Assembly: GCA_017457305.1 (NCBI GenBank)
Contig: JAFTHP010000028.1
Span: forward strand, 10,064-74,063
From: Clostridia bacterium
Lineage (GTDB): Bacteria > Bacillota > Clostridia > Christensenellales > CAG-314
Direction: 5' to 3'
Length of the DNA: 64,000 bases
Shown here: in pieces, positions 1 through 8,438 of the stretch
Layout: each line of letters starts with the position of its first letter
Numbering within the stretch: the first letter of the stretch is position 1
Program-made: the position numbers and the translations under genes
Notes under the pieces: model-generated
What the model saw: only the letters and a program-made list of their open reading frames with translations
Told to the model about the DNA's origin: nothing
The model's database searches: none

Positions 1-32
1 GCAGAAATCATCACAAAGGAGTAACCAATAAA

Positions 33-635
33 ATGCTAATTTACCTTGTTAGGCATGGTCAGACGGTGTTTAACACTCAGGGTAGAATTCAAGGACAGCA
101 GGACTCGCCGTTGACAGAAACAGGCATTGCCACCACTCAAAAAACTGCGTTGGCCTTGAAAGATAAAGGTATTACCACCATTGTTAGCAGTTGCCTTGGT
201 CGCGCACAACAAACATCGCAAATTCTTGCCCAAAACCTTGGCGCAAAGATTGTGTTGGATGAACGACTAAATGAAATTCGCCTTACCCCATGGGAAGGAA
301 GAAGAAAGCAAGACTTGATAAAGGAAAACAATCAAGAGTACATAAGTTACATCACAAAACCACACCAGTACACTTCCACTCAGTGCGAGGAGTTTGGGCA
401 TTTGATGCAACGCACCTACGCTTGCCTGTGCGATGTCGTGGAGCGCTACAAGGGAGAAACTCTGCTGCTAGTTAGCCACGAAATTGCACTAAGAACCCTT
501 CTTCTTGCAATAAAAAAACAGCCTGTTACAGCTGACTTTTGGAAAACAATTGTGCCACAAAGCAGTATCACTACCATAAGCTATGATGGAAAAGAGTTCT
601 CGCTGGTAGGCGATTGCTGTCAATTACCACAATAA
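33..635 (+). CDS. Histidine phosphatase (phosphoglycerate mutase-like) family protein
   Basis: LVRHGQT phosphohistidine motif, SS-LGRA-QT, LNEI and VSH motifs; GGAG RBS upstream. Confidence 0.9.
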   Translation: MLIYLVRHGQTVFNTQGRIQGQQDSPLTETGIATTQKTALALKDKGITTIVSSCLGRAQQTSQILAQNLGAKIVLDERLNEIRLTPWEGRRKQDLIKENNQEYISYITKPHQYTSTQCEEFGHLMQRTYACLCDVVERYKGETLLLVSHEIALRTLLLAIKKQPVTADFWKTIVPQSSITTISYDGKEFSLVGDCCQLPQ

Positions 636-708
636 AATACACCATTTTGACGGCAAAAGTACTAATTTTTTTCCACAAGAATACATTTAGTAAAAATGAG
701 TAAAACTG

Positions 709-737
709 TTGACAAATACTGTATAAAGTAGTATTAT
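709..737 (+). promoter_or_regulatory. Sigma-A promoter of tRNA-fMet
   Basis: TTGACA (709-714), 17 bp spacer, TATTAT (732-737). Confidence 0.75.
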
Positions 738-770
738 ATACAAGCATCTAACGAAAAGATGCTTTCATAT

Positions 771-848
771 CGCGGGGTAGAGCAGTCTGGTAGCTCATCG
801 GGCTCATAACCCGAAGGTCATGTGGTTCAAATCCCATCCCCGCAACCA
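771..848 (+). tRNA. tRNA-fMet (CAT), initiator
   Basis: CGCGGGG 5' end with C1:A72 mismatch, GGG/CCC anticodon stem around CTCATAA, TTCAAAT T-loop, encoded ACCA; T-stem has one extra base. Confidence 0.95.
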
Positions 849-853
849 TTATT

Positions 854-882
854 AACCTCATCTGAATTGATGAGGTTTTTTT
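854..882 (+). terminator. Intrinsic terminator after tRNA-fMet
   Basis: AACCTCATC/GATGAGGTT stem followed by T run. Confidence 0.8.
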
Positions 883-887
883 ATTAT

Positions 888-1114
888 CCTTCGGGTTATG
901 TGTTTGTCGATAGACAAACGTTGTGCGACTAGCACAACAAGCCCGATGACGGGCTCCTCAGCCGAGCGAACATTGTGAGCGAACGCCACGAGCATAGCGA
1001 GTATAACCGAAGGTCATGTGGTGACGGGCTGGCTAAATCCCTTGCGTTGAGTCATACCTTTTGACAGCCCTATTCCGTCGCTCCGCTCCTTACAAATCCC
1101 TTTCTATGCAACCA
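888..1114. repeat. Degenerate interrupted antisense and sense copies of tRNA-fMet
   Basis: 888-900 plus 940-949 = reverse complement of the anticodon arm; 950-956, 1003-1022 and 1093-1114 = sense pieces from the anticodon arm to CAACCA. Confidence 0.8.
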
Positions 1115-1203
1115 ATTAAGAACGAACTTTTTGTCTAGCAGATACAAGTTCGTTCTTTTCATATTTTCGGCACGTTTTAAAAAATATTTATTGTCACGAC
1201 ATA

Positions 1204-1232
1204 TTGACAATGAGAGTTTTGTGGTATATAAT
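1204..1232 (+). promoter_or_regulatory. Consensus sigma-A promoter of the ATPase gene
   Basis: TTGACA, 17 bp spacer, TATAAT. Confidence 0.8.
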
Positions 1233-1287
1233 TATATCGATTTCGAAAAATGAAAAATTTTAAAGTTTCGAAAGTGGAGCTAGATTT

Positions 1288-2481
1288 ATGAGAATTATAG
1301 AGAGAACAGATTATTTGCACAGATTGATAGATTTAAAGGATACACCAGATATAAAAATAATAACTGGCATTAGACGTTCTGGTAAATCCAAGTTGATGGA
1401 ATCATATATCAATTATTTGAAAGAAAATGATAACTCTGCAAACATCATTTTTGTAGATTTTTTCAACCTTAAATTTGAAGAAATCATGGAATACCACAAA
1501 CTGCATGACTATGTTGAGTCTTGTTATGTGGGCGGAAAGAACAATTATTTGTTTATTGACGAAGTTCAGCTTTGTGAAAATTTTGAAAAAGCAATTAACA
1601 GTCTATACACAAGTGGCAAGTACGACATCTATATAACTGGTTCCAACGCTTTTCTGCTTGGCAACGACTTGGCTACTTTGTTTACTGGTAGATATATCGA
1701 GATTCATGTTCTCCCATTTAGCTTTAAAGAATTTGTTTGCTACTACAGCGAAGAAAGTAACATTGATGAGCTCTTTAAGCAATACACCATCAAAGGCGGA
1801 TTGGCTGGCTCCTATGTGTACAAAAACGAACAGGATAGGGTTAAATATATAAGCGAAGTCTACCACACTATCGTTAACCGAGATTTGGTAACCAAATACA
1901 AATTGCCAGACACATACGTTTTAGATCATCTATCCGAGTTTTTGATGGACAACATCAGCAACTTGACCTCGCCAAACAAAGTGAGCGATACGCTTACATC
2001 AAACAAGATAACAACAAACCATGTTACTATTGGCAAGTATGTAAAATATTTGTGCAATGCTTACATGTTCTACGATGTTAAGCGTTACGATATCAAGGGC
2101 AAGAAATATCTTGATACATCCGATAAATACTACCTAAGCGACGTTGGTTTTAGATACGCATTGCTTGGCAGCAGAAACATGGACTATGGCAGAATTTACG
2201 AAAATATTGTCTGCCTGGAACTTATGCGCCGTGGATATGAAATTTATGTTGGCAAACTTTATCAAAAAGAGGTCGACTTTGTTGCAAAACGCGGTAGCGA
2301 ACAAATTTACATCCAAGTAAGTGACAATATTGACAACCCCGACACATTTAAGCGCGAATACGAGCCATTGTTGAAAATTGCCGACGCTCATCCCAAAATG
2401 ATCATTGCAAACACAAAACATGACGAGTATTCCTATGAAGGAATTAAAATCGTAGACCTTGCACTATGGTTGTTGAAATAA
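1288..2481 (+). CDS. AAA_14 / DUF4143 family ATP-binding protein
   Basis: Walker A GIRRSGKS, Walker [22 protein letters not shown]-terminal EVDF...YIQV. Confidence 0.9.
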   Translation: MRIIERTDYLHRLIDLKDTPDIKIITGIRRSGKSKLMESYINYLKENDNSANIIFVDFFNLKFEEIMEYHKLHDYVESCYVGGKNNYLFIDEVQLCENFEKAINSLYTSGKYDIYITGSNAFLLGNDLATLFTGRYIEIHVLPFSFKEFVCYYSEESNIDELFKQYTIKGGLAGSYVYKNEQDRVKYISEVYHTIVNRDLVTKYKLPDTYVLDHLSEFLMDNISNLTSPNKVSDTLTSNKITTNHVTIGKYVKYLCNAYMFYDVKRYDIKGKKYLDTSDKYYLSDVGFRYALLGSRNMDYGRIYENIVCLELMRRGYEIYVGKLYQKEVDFVAKRGSEQIYIQVSDNIDNPDTFKREYEPLLKIADAHPKMIIANTKHDEYSYEGIKIVDLALWLLK

Positions 2482-2562
2482 GAAATCGAGGAATTTACAT
2501 TGAATAATAGAATTGATGGTAAAAACAACCTTATTTGCCATGGTGAAATTTAGGGTATAAAT

Positions 2563-3576
2563 ATGAAAAGCAAGAATTCAAATTTGCATGCAGCAAAAAA
2601 TATTAAAGATGATGAATTTTATACCACTTATGATACAATCGAAAGCGAATTGTCTCACTATATTCCTCATTTTTTGGACAAGGTGGTATTGTGCAATTGT
2701 GATGACCCGTTTGAATCAAATTTCTGCAAATATTTTCTCAAAAACTTTAACATCTTAGGATTAAAGCGTTTGATTTGCACTTCGTACGGATATTCAGCAG
2801 TTGCAGGCACACAGTTTAGTCTATCAAATAATGATAATAGGCCTACTGGATATGTATTAGATGTTGTGAAGTTTAGTGACACCTTGGGAGAAATCTCCGA
2901 TGACGAAATCTCAGAAATTCTAAAAACACCTAATACTATTAGAAAGTTGAATGGAGATGGAGATTTCCGCAGTGAAGAGTGTCTTGAGTACTTGAGAGCT
3001 TGCGATATTGTAGTCACGAATCCGCCATTCTCTTTATTCAAAGAACTTGTAACTGAGATAATGAGATATGAAAAGAAGTTCTTGATTATTGGTAATCAAA
3101 ATGCCATTACCTATAAAGAGATTTTCCCATTAATCCAAAACAATAAAGTTTGGACTGGATATCGTTTTGGTGAAATGAAGTTCAGAGTACCTCAAGACTC
3201 TAAACCGAGAAAATACCGTTATTGGATCGATGCAACGGGGCAAAAATGGAGAAGTCTTGGCAATGCAATGTGGCTCACAAATCTAGATAATAAAAGAAGG
3301 CACGAATGGATTGCTCTATCAAAATTGTACAATCCAGACGATTATCCCAAATACGATAATTTCGATGCAATAAATGTAAAAACTATCAAGGATATTCCTT
3401 GCGATTATTACGGCATAATGGGGGTCCCCATTACGATAATTAACAAATATAATAGTGAGCAATTCGAGATAATTGGTGAAGCAAATCATGGTTCAGATAA
3501 CGAGTTTGATTTATTTAAGCCAACAATTAATGGCAAGGAAATTTTTAAGCGAATATTAATTAGGAGAAAAGTTTGA
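2563..3576 (+). CDS. Adenine-specific DNA methyltransferase, EcoRI family
   Basis: KDDEFYT, VLCNCDDP, GDGDFRSEEC, catalytic VVTNPPFSLF, MGVPIT. Confidence 0.9.
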   Translation: MKSKNSNLHAAKNIKDDEFYTTYDTIESELSHYIPHFLDKVVLCNCDDPFESNFCKYFLKNFNILGLKRLICTSYGYSAVAGTQFSLSNNDNRPTGYVLDVVKFSDTLGEISDDEISEILKTPNTIRKLNGDGDFRSEECLEYLRACDIVVTNPPFSLFKELVTEIMRYEKKFLIIGNQNAITYKEIFPLIQNNKVWTGYRFGEMKFRVPQDSKPRKYRYWIDATGQKWRSLGNAMWLTNLDNKRRHEWIALSKLYNPDDYPKYDNFDAINVKTIKDIPCDYYGIMGVPITIINKYNSEQFEIIGEANHGSDNEFDLFKPTINGKEIFKRILIRRKV

Positions 3577-4661
3577 TGAATTCTCAAATACAAACGTTTA
3601 GAATACTTGATTTATTCTCTGGTGCGGGAGGGTTTTCCTACGGCATTGAAAAAAATAAACACTTCAAAACGGTCGTAGCAGTTGATTTTAACCCAACTGC
3701 GTTGGCAACCTTTAATTACAATATGCCTGATGCCCAAATAGTCAACGGTGATATCACAGATGTTGAAATTAAGAAGAAAGTAATTGACGTCAGCCAAAAA
3801 ATGAAAGTTAATATGATTATTGGTGGACCACCTTGCCAAGGCTTTTCTCTTAAAGGCAAAAAATTAGGTTTGAATGACTCAAGAAATTACCTTTTTAATG
3901 AATACTTGAACATAGTTGAAATTTTGCGACCAAGTGTATTTATTATTGAAAATGTAAAAGCCCTATTATCGACATCTGCTGGATGGTTCAAAAATCAAAT
4001 TGTTGAGCGAGTTCAAAGTCTCGGGTATTATATTAGCTACGGAATACTAAATGCGTCTTCTTTTGGAGTTCCCCAATCGCGTGAAAGAGCATTTTTTGTT
4101 TGTTGTAAAGAAAAAAAGATTGATTTACCGATTGGAAAAAGCACGCTTATTACAGTAAGAGATGCAATAGGGGATTTATCATATTTGAATTCTGGTGAAG
4201 GTTCATTTGAGCAAGATTATTTATATCCCGCTATAAGCGACTATCAAAAAGAACGTCGTAAAAATAGCAAAAAACTTTATAATCACAAAGCTTCAAATCA
4301 CTCCGATATTGCGCTTATGAAACTATCCATGATTCCACCTGAATGTGGTAAAGAATATTTGCCCGAGAAGTTATTAGGTAAGCAGAAATTCTCAGGCACA
4401 TGGGGAAGACTAAAGTGGGATTCGGTTTCCCCAACAATTGACACAAGATTTGATGCTTCATCTAATGGAACCAATAACCACCCATATTTGAATAGAGCTA
4501 TTACGCCGAGAGAAGCTGCTAGATTACAATCTTTTGATGACAATTTTGTCTTTATTGGCGCAAAAGTTCAGGTACGTCAACAAATTGGTAATGCAGTTCC
4601 CCCATTGCTTGCAAAGGCGCTTGCGGATAAAATATATGAAGAAATAGGAGTACTGGTATGA
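3576..4661 (+). CDS. DNA cytosine-5 methyltransferase
   Basis: Motif I DLFSGAGG, IV GGPPCQGFS, VI ENV, VIII QSRER, IX TPREAARLQSF, X QIGNAVPP; ATG overlaps the upstream TGA (TGATG). Confidence 0.95.
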   Translation: MNSQIQTFRILDLFSGAGGFSYGIEKNKHFKTVVAVDFNPTALATFNYNMPDAQIVNGDITDVEIKKKVIDVSQKMKVNMIIGGPPCQGFSLKGKKLGLNDSRNYLFNEYLNIVEILRPSVFIIENVKALLSTSAGWFKNQIVERVQSLGYYISYGILNASSFGVPQSRERAFFVCCKEKKIDLPIGKSTLITVRDAIGDLSYLNSGEGSFEQDYLYPAISDYQKERRKNSKKLYNHKASNHSDIALMKLSMIPPECGKEYLPEKLLGKQKFSGTWGRLKWDSVSPTIDTRFDASSNGTNNHPYLNRAITPREAARLQSFDDNFVFIGAKVQVRQQIGNAVPPLLAKALADKIYEEIGVLV

Positions 4662-5530
4662 ATACAGAAATGGCTTATTTGGTTGGAATGATTCTCGGAA
4701 ATGGCGAAATTCAAAGAAATAATACAGAGACGAGAATTACCATCGATATCCCTCATAAAAACTTATACACAGATGACTTTAAAGATGTTATGGTCTATGT
4801 AAAGGCGAGCACTGTAGATATTAGGGCTATTATTGAACCTCTTATTGGACACAACCTTACCGTTACTCAGAACAAGCGTTCAACGCTATTAACATTTGTG
4901 AAGTCTAACGAAGAGTACATTACTAGAGAGATTCTTCGTTTCATAGGGGGCGGAAGACATCACTCTACAATGAGAATGAGCCCAGAACTATTCTCCATAA
5001 CAACAGATGAAAAGAAGGCTCTCCTTCGAGGAATAGCTGATGTTACTGGATATATCAGAAAGAGTAATATTGCTTTTGGACAAGAAGGGGCACACAGAGT
5101 ATACATAGAAATACCAGGCAATTGGTATATGGTTATTGATATTGCCAATATGCTGAAAGATGTCGATGTTCCTGTACAAACAATAGACTTTGGCCATCCA
5201 AACTTTCGTGATGGCGAATTAAAGAAGTATCATCAGGGGTTTCCATATTTTTGGAAGAAAGAACATCAGGTTAAAATATTCGCAAACGAATTTTTACAAA
5301 TTGGTTTTAACATTAGACACAAGCAGGATGCTCTCGTAAAGTACAGCGAGGAACTTTTAGAATTTATAGACCCGATAAAAACACACAAGTTTTATTGGGA
5401 AAAACCTATTAGAAGAAAAGATAGGCCTACTCATCCACATGAAAACGACATTTCTTTGCCTGAAGAGATTCGAGGAAAACATTTTGACTCTTGGACTGAG
5501 TTAGCGAGGTTATTAGGCTATGGCAAATAA
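4658..5530 (+). CDS. Double LAGLIDADG-fold protein, predicted catalytically inactive
   Basis: MAYLVGMILGNGEI and KALLRGIADVTGYI resemble the two LAGLIDADG helices, with the catalytic acids replaced by N and T; ATGA overlap with the C5 MTase. Confidence 0.65.
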   Translation: MNTEMAYLVGMILGNGEIQRNNTETRITIDIPHKNLYTDDFKDVMVYVKASTVDIRAIIEPLIGHNLTVTQNKRSTLLTFVKSNEEYITREILRFIGGGRHHSTMRMSPELFSITTDEKKALLRGIADVTGYIRKSNIAFGQEGAHRVYIEIPGNWYMVIDIANMLKDVDVPVQTIDFGHPNFRDGELKKYHQGFPYFWKKEHQVKIFANEFLQIGFNIRHKQDALVKYSEELLEFIDPIKTHKFYWEKPIRRKDRPTHPHENDISLPEEIRGKHFDSWTELARLLGYGK

Positions 5531-6017
5531 TGTTACAAAAGAATTTGAATTATACGAGCCCATGCGAGCTTGGCTTCAGCAATATCTAGAAAATAAGTAT
5601 AAAGGGGCAAAGGTAACCACCATTGATTCCCATTCTAGAACATTAGATGTATACTTAGAGCAAAATGGTATTATAGACTATTATCCACAAGCTGTTGGTC
5701 TAGATATACAAATTGATGTGTTGGGCATCGTTCTCGGTAAAGGCAAACCAAGCATTGCTTTCATAGAGGCAAAGAAAACGCAGTTGAATTTGCACGATCT
5801 AGGGCAGTTGTGGGCATATTGCAAGTTATGCGAACCCATCGAGGCATTCTTATTGTCTTCTGCTGGATTGGGGAGTTTGAACAAAGTACTAAATAACCTT
5901 AATAGACAGGACCTACTTGATTTTGGCAGCGGTAAAACAATCAAGAAGATGCAAGTTGGCAAGTGGGATATAATCTCAAAGTCTATTGACTATAAGAGTA
6001 TTGTGCCAAAGCTATAA
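5520..6017 (+). CDS. Small PD-(D/E)XK-type endonuclease
   Basis: N-terminal helix Glu (EFELY), IDVLG, FIEAKK and GQLWAY (QxxxY) signature; 11-nt overlap with the upstream gene. Confidence 0.7.
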   Translation: MANNVTKEFELYEPMRAWLQQYLENKYKGAKVTTIDSHSRTLDVYLEQNGIIDYYPQAVGLDIQIDVLGIVLGKGKPSIAFIEAKKTQLNLHDLGQLWAYCKLCEPIEAFLLSSAGLGSLNKVLNNLNRQDLLDFGSGKTIKKMQVGKWDIISKSIDYKSIVPKL

Positions 6018-6068
6018 TTTGCGAATTTAAGCTAACAAAGCATACGGATAACGCAACTCAAATAAAAT

Positions 6069-6170
6069 CAATACAATTGCAAAGCAACAGGTTTTTGGAA
6101 AACAAATAGCGTAAAATACAACTTTTTGCTACTCGCCCATGAATACCTGTTTGTGTTTAAGAAAAATTAA
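6069..6170 (+). pseudogene. C-terminal remnant of an N4/N6 DNA methyltransferase
   Basis: Unannotated frame reads QYNCKATGFWKTNSVKYNFLLLAHEYLFVFKKN*, which resembles the C-terminus of clostridial amino-MTases; stop immediately upstream, no start. Confidence 0.65.
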
Positions 6171-6194
6171 TTAATATAAAATATTTCGAGGAAT

Positions 6195-6539
6195 ATGCTA
6201 AAATTTTTATACACAATAATAACAAGTCCACTTGGGCTACCAATTGACCCAATATGGGAATATATTATTCTTTTTGTTGTAGGCGAAATTGTACACGAGA
6301 TAGCATACTGGGTTTCGCCTGGTGGAAAATTTGGCTCAATTGTATATTGGTCCACCAAATTACTAGTTTTTATTGCAATTTGGGCAATTCTATACGGAAT
6401 AATTGCGGTAATAAAATTTGTCATCTCGCATTGGATTTGGTTTACGATATGTGGCATCTTATTGCTTATCGGAGCTATTATTTGGATATCATTACATAAG
6501 AAAAAATTAAAGAAAATTGCTACTCAAACAACCAATTAA
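6195..6539 (+). CDS. Small membrane protein of unknown function
   Basis: GAGG RBS, about three hydrophobic segments, basic C-terminal tail. Confidence 0.7.
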   Translation: MLKFLYTIITSPLGLPIDPIWEYIILFVVGEIVHEIAYWVSPGGKFGSIVYWSTKLLVFIAIWAILYGIIAVIKFVISHWIWFTICGILLLIGAIIWISLHKKKLKKIATQTTN

Positions 6540-6645
6540 TGCCGACATGGGCGGGATACACAAACCTCAATAATTCTATGTTTAGGGAGGGAATATCTCG
6601 CACATTCTTGCGGTTCATTTTGCGTACAACTTGCTCAACCATTAC

Positions 6646-6676
6646 AAGTATCAAGCGACTGGCTTGGTACTTTTTT
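6646..6676 (+). terminator. Intrinsic terminator at the island right edge
   Basis: AAGTATCAAGC/GCTTGGTACTT stem plus T run. Confidence 0.7.
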
Positions 6677-6765
6677 ATTAGGGGCAGAATTTTGGGTATA
6701 GTATTGAAAGAAAACAAGTTTTATGATATAATTATTGCATAAATACAAATGCAAGGAGAAACTAT

Positions 6766-8268
6766 ATGGCAAAATTTGTAAAATTAGATTCAAGCAAGCT
6801 AACTGCTCTTCGTGAGATTGACGAACGTTTGGTTTCCTACAACGTTGAAATGACAGAAGTTACTGGCGGAACATTTTGGAAAGCTTACACCGAAGCTCAA
6901 GTAGATGGCACCGAGGAATTTCCCGTTATCAAGGATTGGTCAAACATGGGCAATCTTCAACAATGGTACGATCCCATCGACACCACAAACCCACGCCTAA
7001 TTAAGCTTGCAAAGGATTTGGGAACTGCTTGGGTTCGTGTTTCCGGCACATGGGCAAACAAAACCTACTACGACTTTGACAACAACTATAACGGCAAGGT
7101 TCCAGAAGGCTTCCAAAACGTTTTGTCCAAACAACAATGGCTAAACCTTCTTGACTTTGTAAGAGCTATCGACGGCAAATTGCTAGTATCCATTGCTAAC
7201 TGCCCTGGTATCCACTCTGCAGATGAACCAATGCCTTTTGATCAAGCAGATTTGCTATTTAGAACATCCAAGGAATACGGCGTGCCCATTTCCGCAGCGG
7301 AATTTACAAACGAACCTAACCTTATTGCCCTTTCTGGCCTTCCAAAGGGATACACAGCTGCAGACCACGCAAGAGACCACGACCTATTTGGCGCTTGGCT
7401 AAGAGAAAACTACCCAGATTGCCTATTTGTTGGTCCATGCACAGTTGGCGACATTGATATGTTCAACATGGGCAACGACAAGGCTGGCGGAGGTATGGCT
7501 GCAGGCTTCCAAATGGTTACAACAGAAGAACTTCTTGGCGAGTACAAATCCAAGATGGACGTATTTAGCTACCACTACTACAACGGCGTTTCCGAACGTG
7601 GCGCTGCTATGGGCGGACACTGGCCATACGAAGCAATCCTAAGCGAACGCTACCTTGGCGTCGCAGGATACTGTGCTCGTCAGTACACATCCAAGCGCGA
7701 CAAGTACGTTCCTGGCGGACAACTGTGGGTTACCGAATCGGGCGATGCTGGTTGTGGCGGCAACACTTGGGCATCCACATATGCTGACGTTCCAAGAACA
7801 CTAAACGAACTTGGCGACTTCTGCACAGTTACAGATGGTATCGTCTTCCACAACACGTTGGCTTCTTCCGACTACGGCTACCTAAAACACGGCACGTTTG
7901 ATCCACGCCCCAACTACTTTGCAGTTCTACTTTGGAACAGATTGATGGGCAAAACTTGCTATTCCGTTCCAAATAACCTAGTAGAAGGTGCACACGTTTA
8001 CTGCCACTCCCGCAAGGACGGCAAGGACGGTCACGTTTACCTTGTAATAAACAACTCCTGGACGGAAACCACAACCGTGCAATTTGACGGCGCCGCTCAA
8101 GCTTACGTTTTAACTGGTAAGACAGGTATTCGCAGCCGCACAATGTGCCTAAATGGCAAAGACCTAGTTTTGGACGCCAACGATGAACTTCCCGAATTGA
8201 CAGGCGAAGCAGTATCAGACAAGATTGAACTTGCTCCTGGAGCATGCGCATTTATCGTTGTAGACTAA
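6766..8268 (+). CDS. GH79-like glycoside hydrolase (beta-glucuronidase/heparanase-like), cytoplasmic
   Basis: WVRVSGT, acid/base TNEPN, FSYHYY, nucleophile LWVTESG, PRPNYF..LLWNRLMG; no signal peptide. Confidence 0.8.
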   Translation: MAKFVKLDSSKLTALREIDERLVSYNVEMTEVTGGTFWKAYTEAQVDGTEEFPVIKDWSNMGNLQQWYDPIDTTNPRLIKLAKDLGTAWVRVSGTWANKTYYDFDNNYNGKVPEGFQNVLSKQQWLNLLDFVRAIDGKLLVSIANCPGIHSADEPMPFDQADLLFRTSKEYGVPISAAEFTNEPNLIALSGLPKGYTAADHARDHDLFGAWLRENYPDCLFVGPCTVGDIDMFNMGNDKAGGGMAAGFQMVTTEELLGEYKSKMDVFSYHYYNGVSERGAAMGGHWPYEAILSERYLGVAGYCARQYTSKRDKYVPGGQLWVTESGDAGCGGNTWASTYADVPRTLNELGDFCTVTDGIVFHNTLASSDYGYLKHGTFDPRPNYFAVLLWNRLMGKTCYSVPNNLVEGAHVYCHSRKDGKDGHVYLVINNSWTETTTVQFDGAAQAYVLTGKTGIRSRTMCLNGKDLVLDANDELPELTGEAVSDKIELAPGACAFIVVD

Positions 8269-8289
8269 TCCACAAACCACTACAAATAC

Positions 8290-8324
8290 AAAAAGTACCA
8301 AGCAACTCGCTTGGTACTTTTTTT
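8290..8324. terminator. Bidirectional intrinsic terminator
   Basis: AAAAAGTACCAAGC/GCTTGGTACTTTTT. Confidence 0.8.
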
Positions 8325-8438
8325 GCACAATTGTTATTTTCTTGATGCAAAACATCATTTGTTTGACAAATATTTGCCCACTACTTCAATAAAAAAGGCA
8401 GAGTTGCGTTGTGCAAATCTGCCTTTTTTTTGTTAATA

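Noticed and set aside
4658-5530. Active homing endonuclease, intein or group I intron in the MTase
   Set aside because: The MTase is complete, there are no splicing motifs, both catalytic acids are substituted, and the gene has its own RBS and stop
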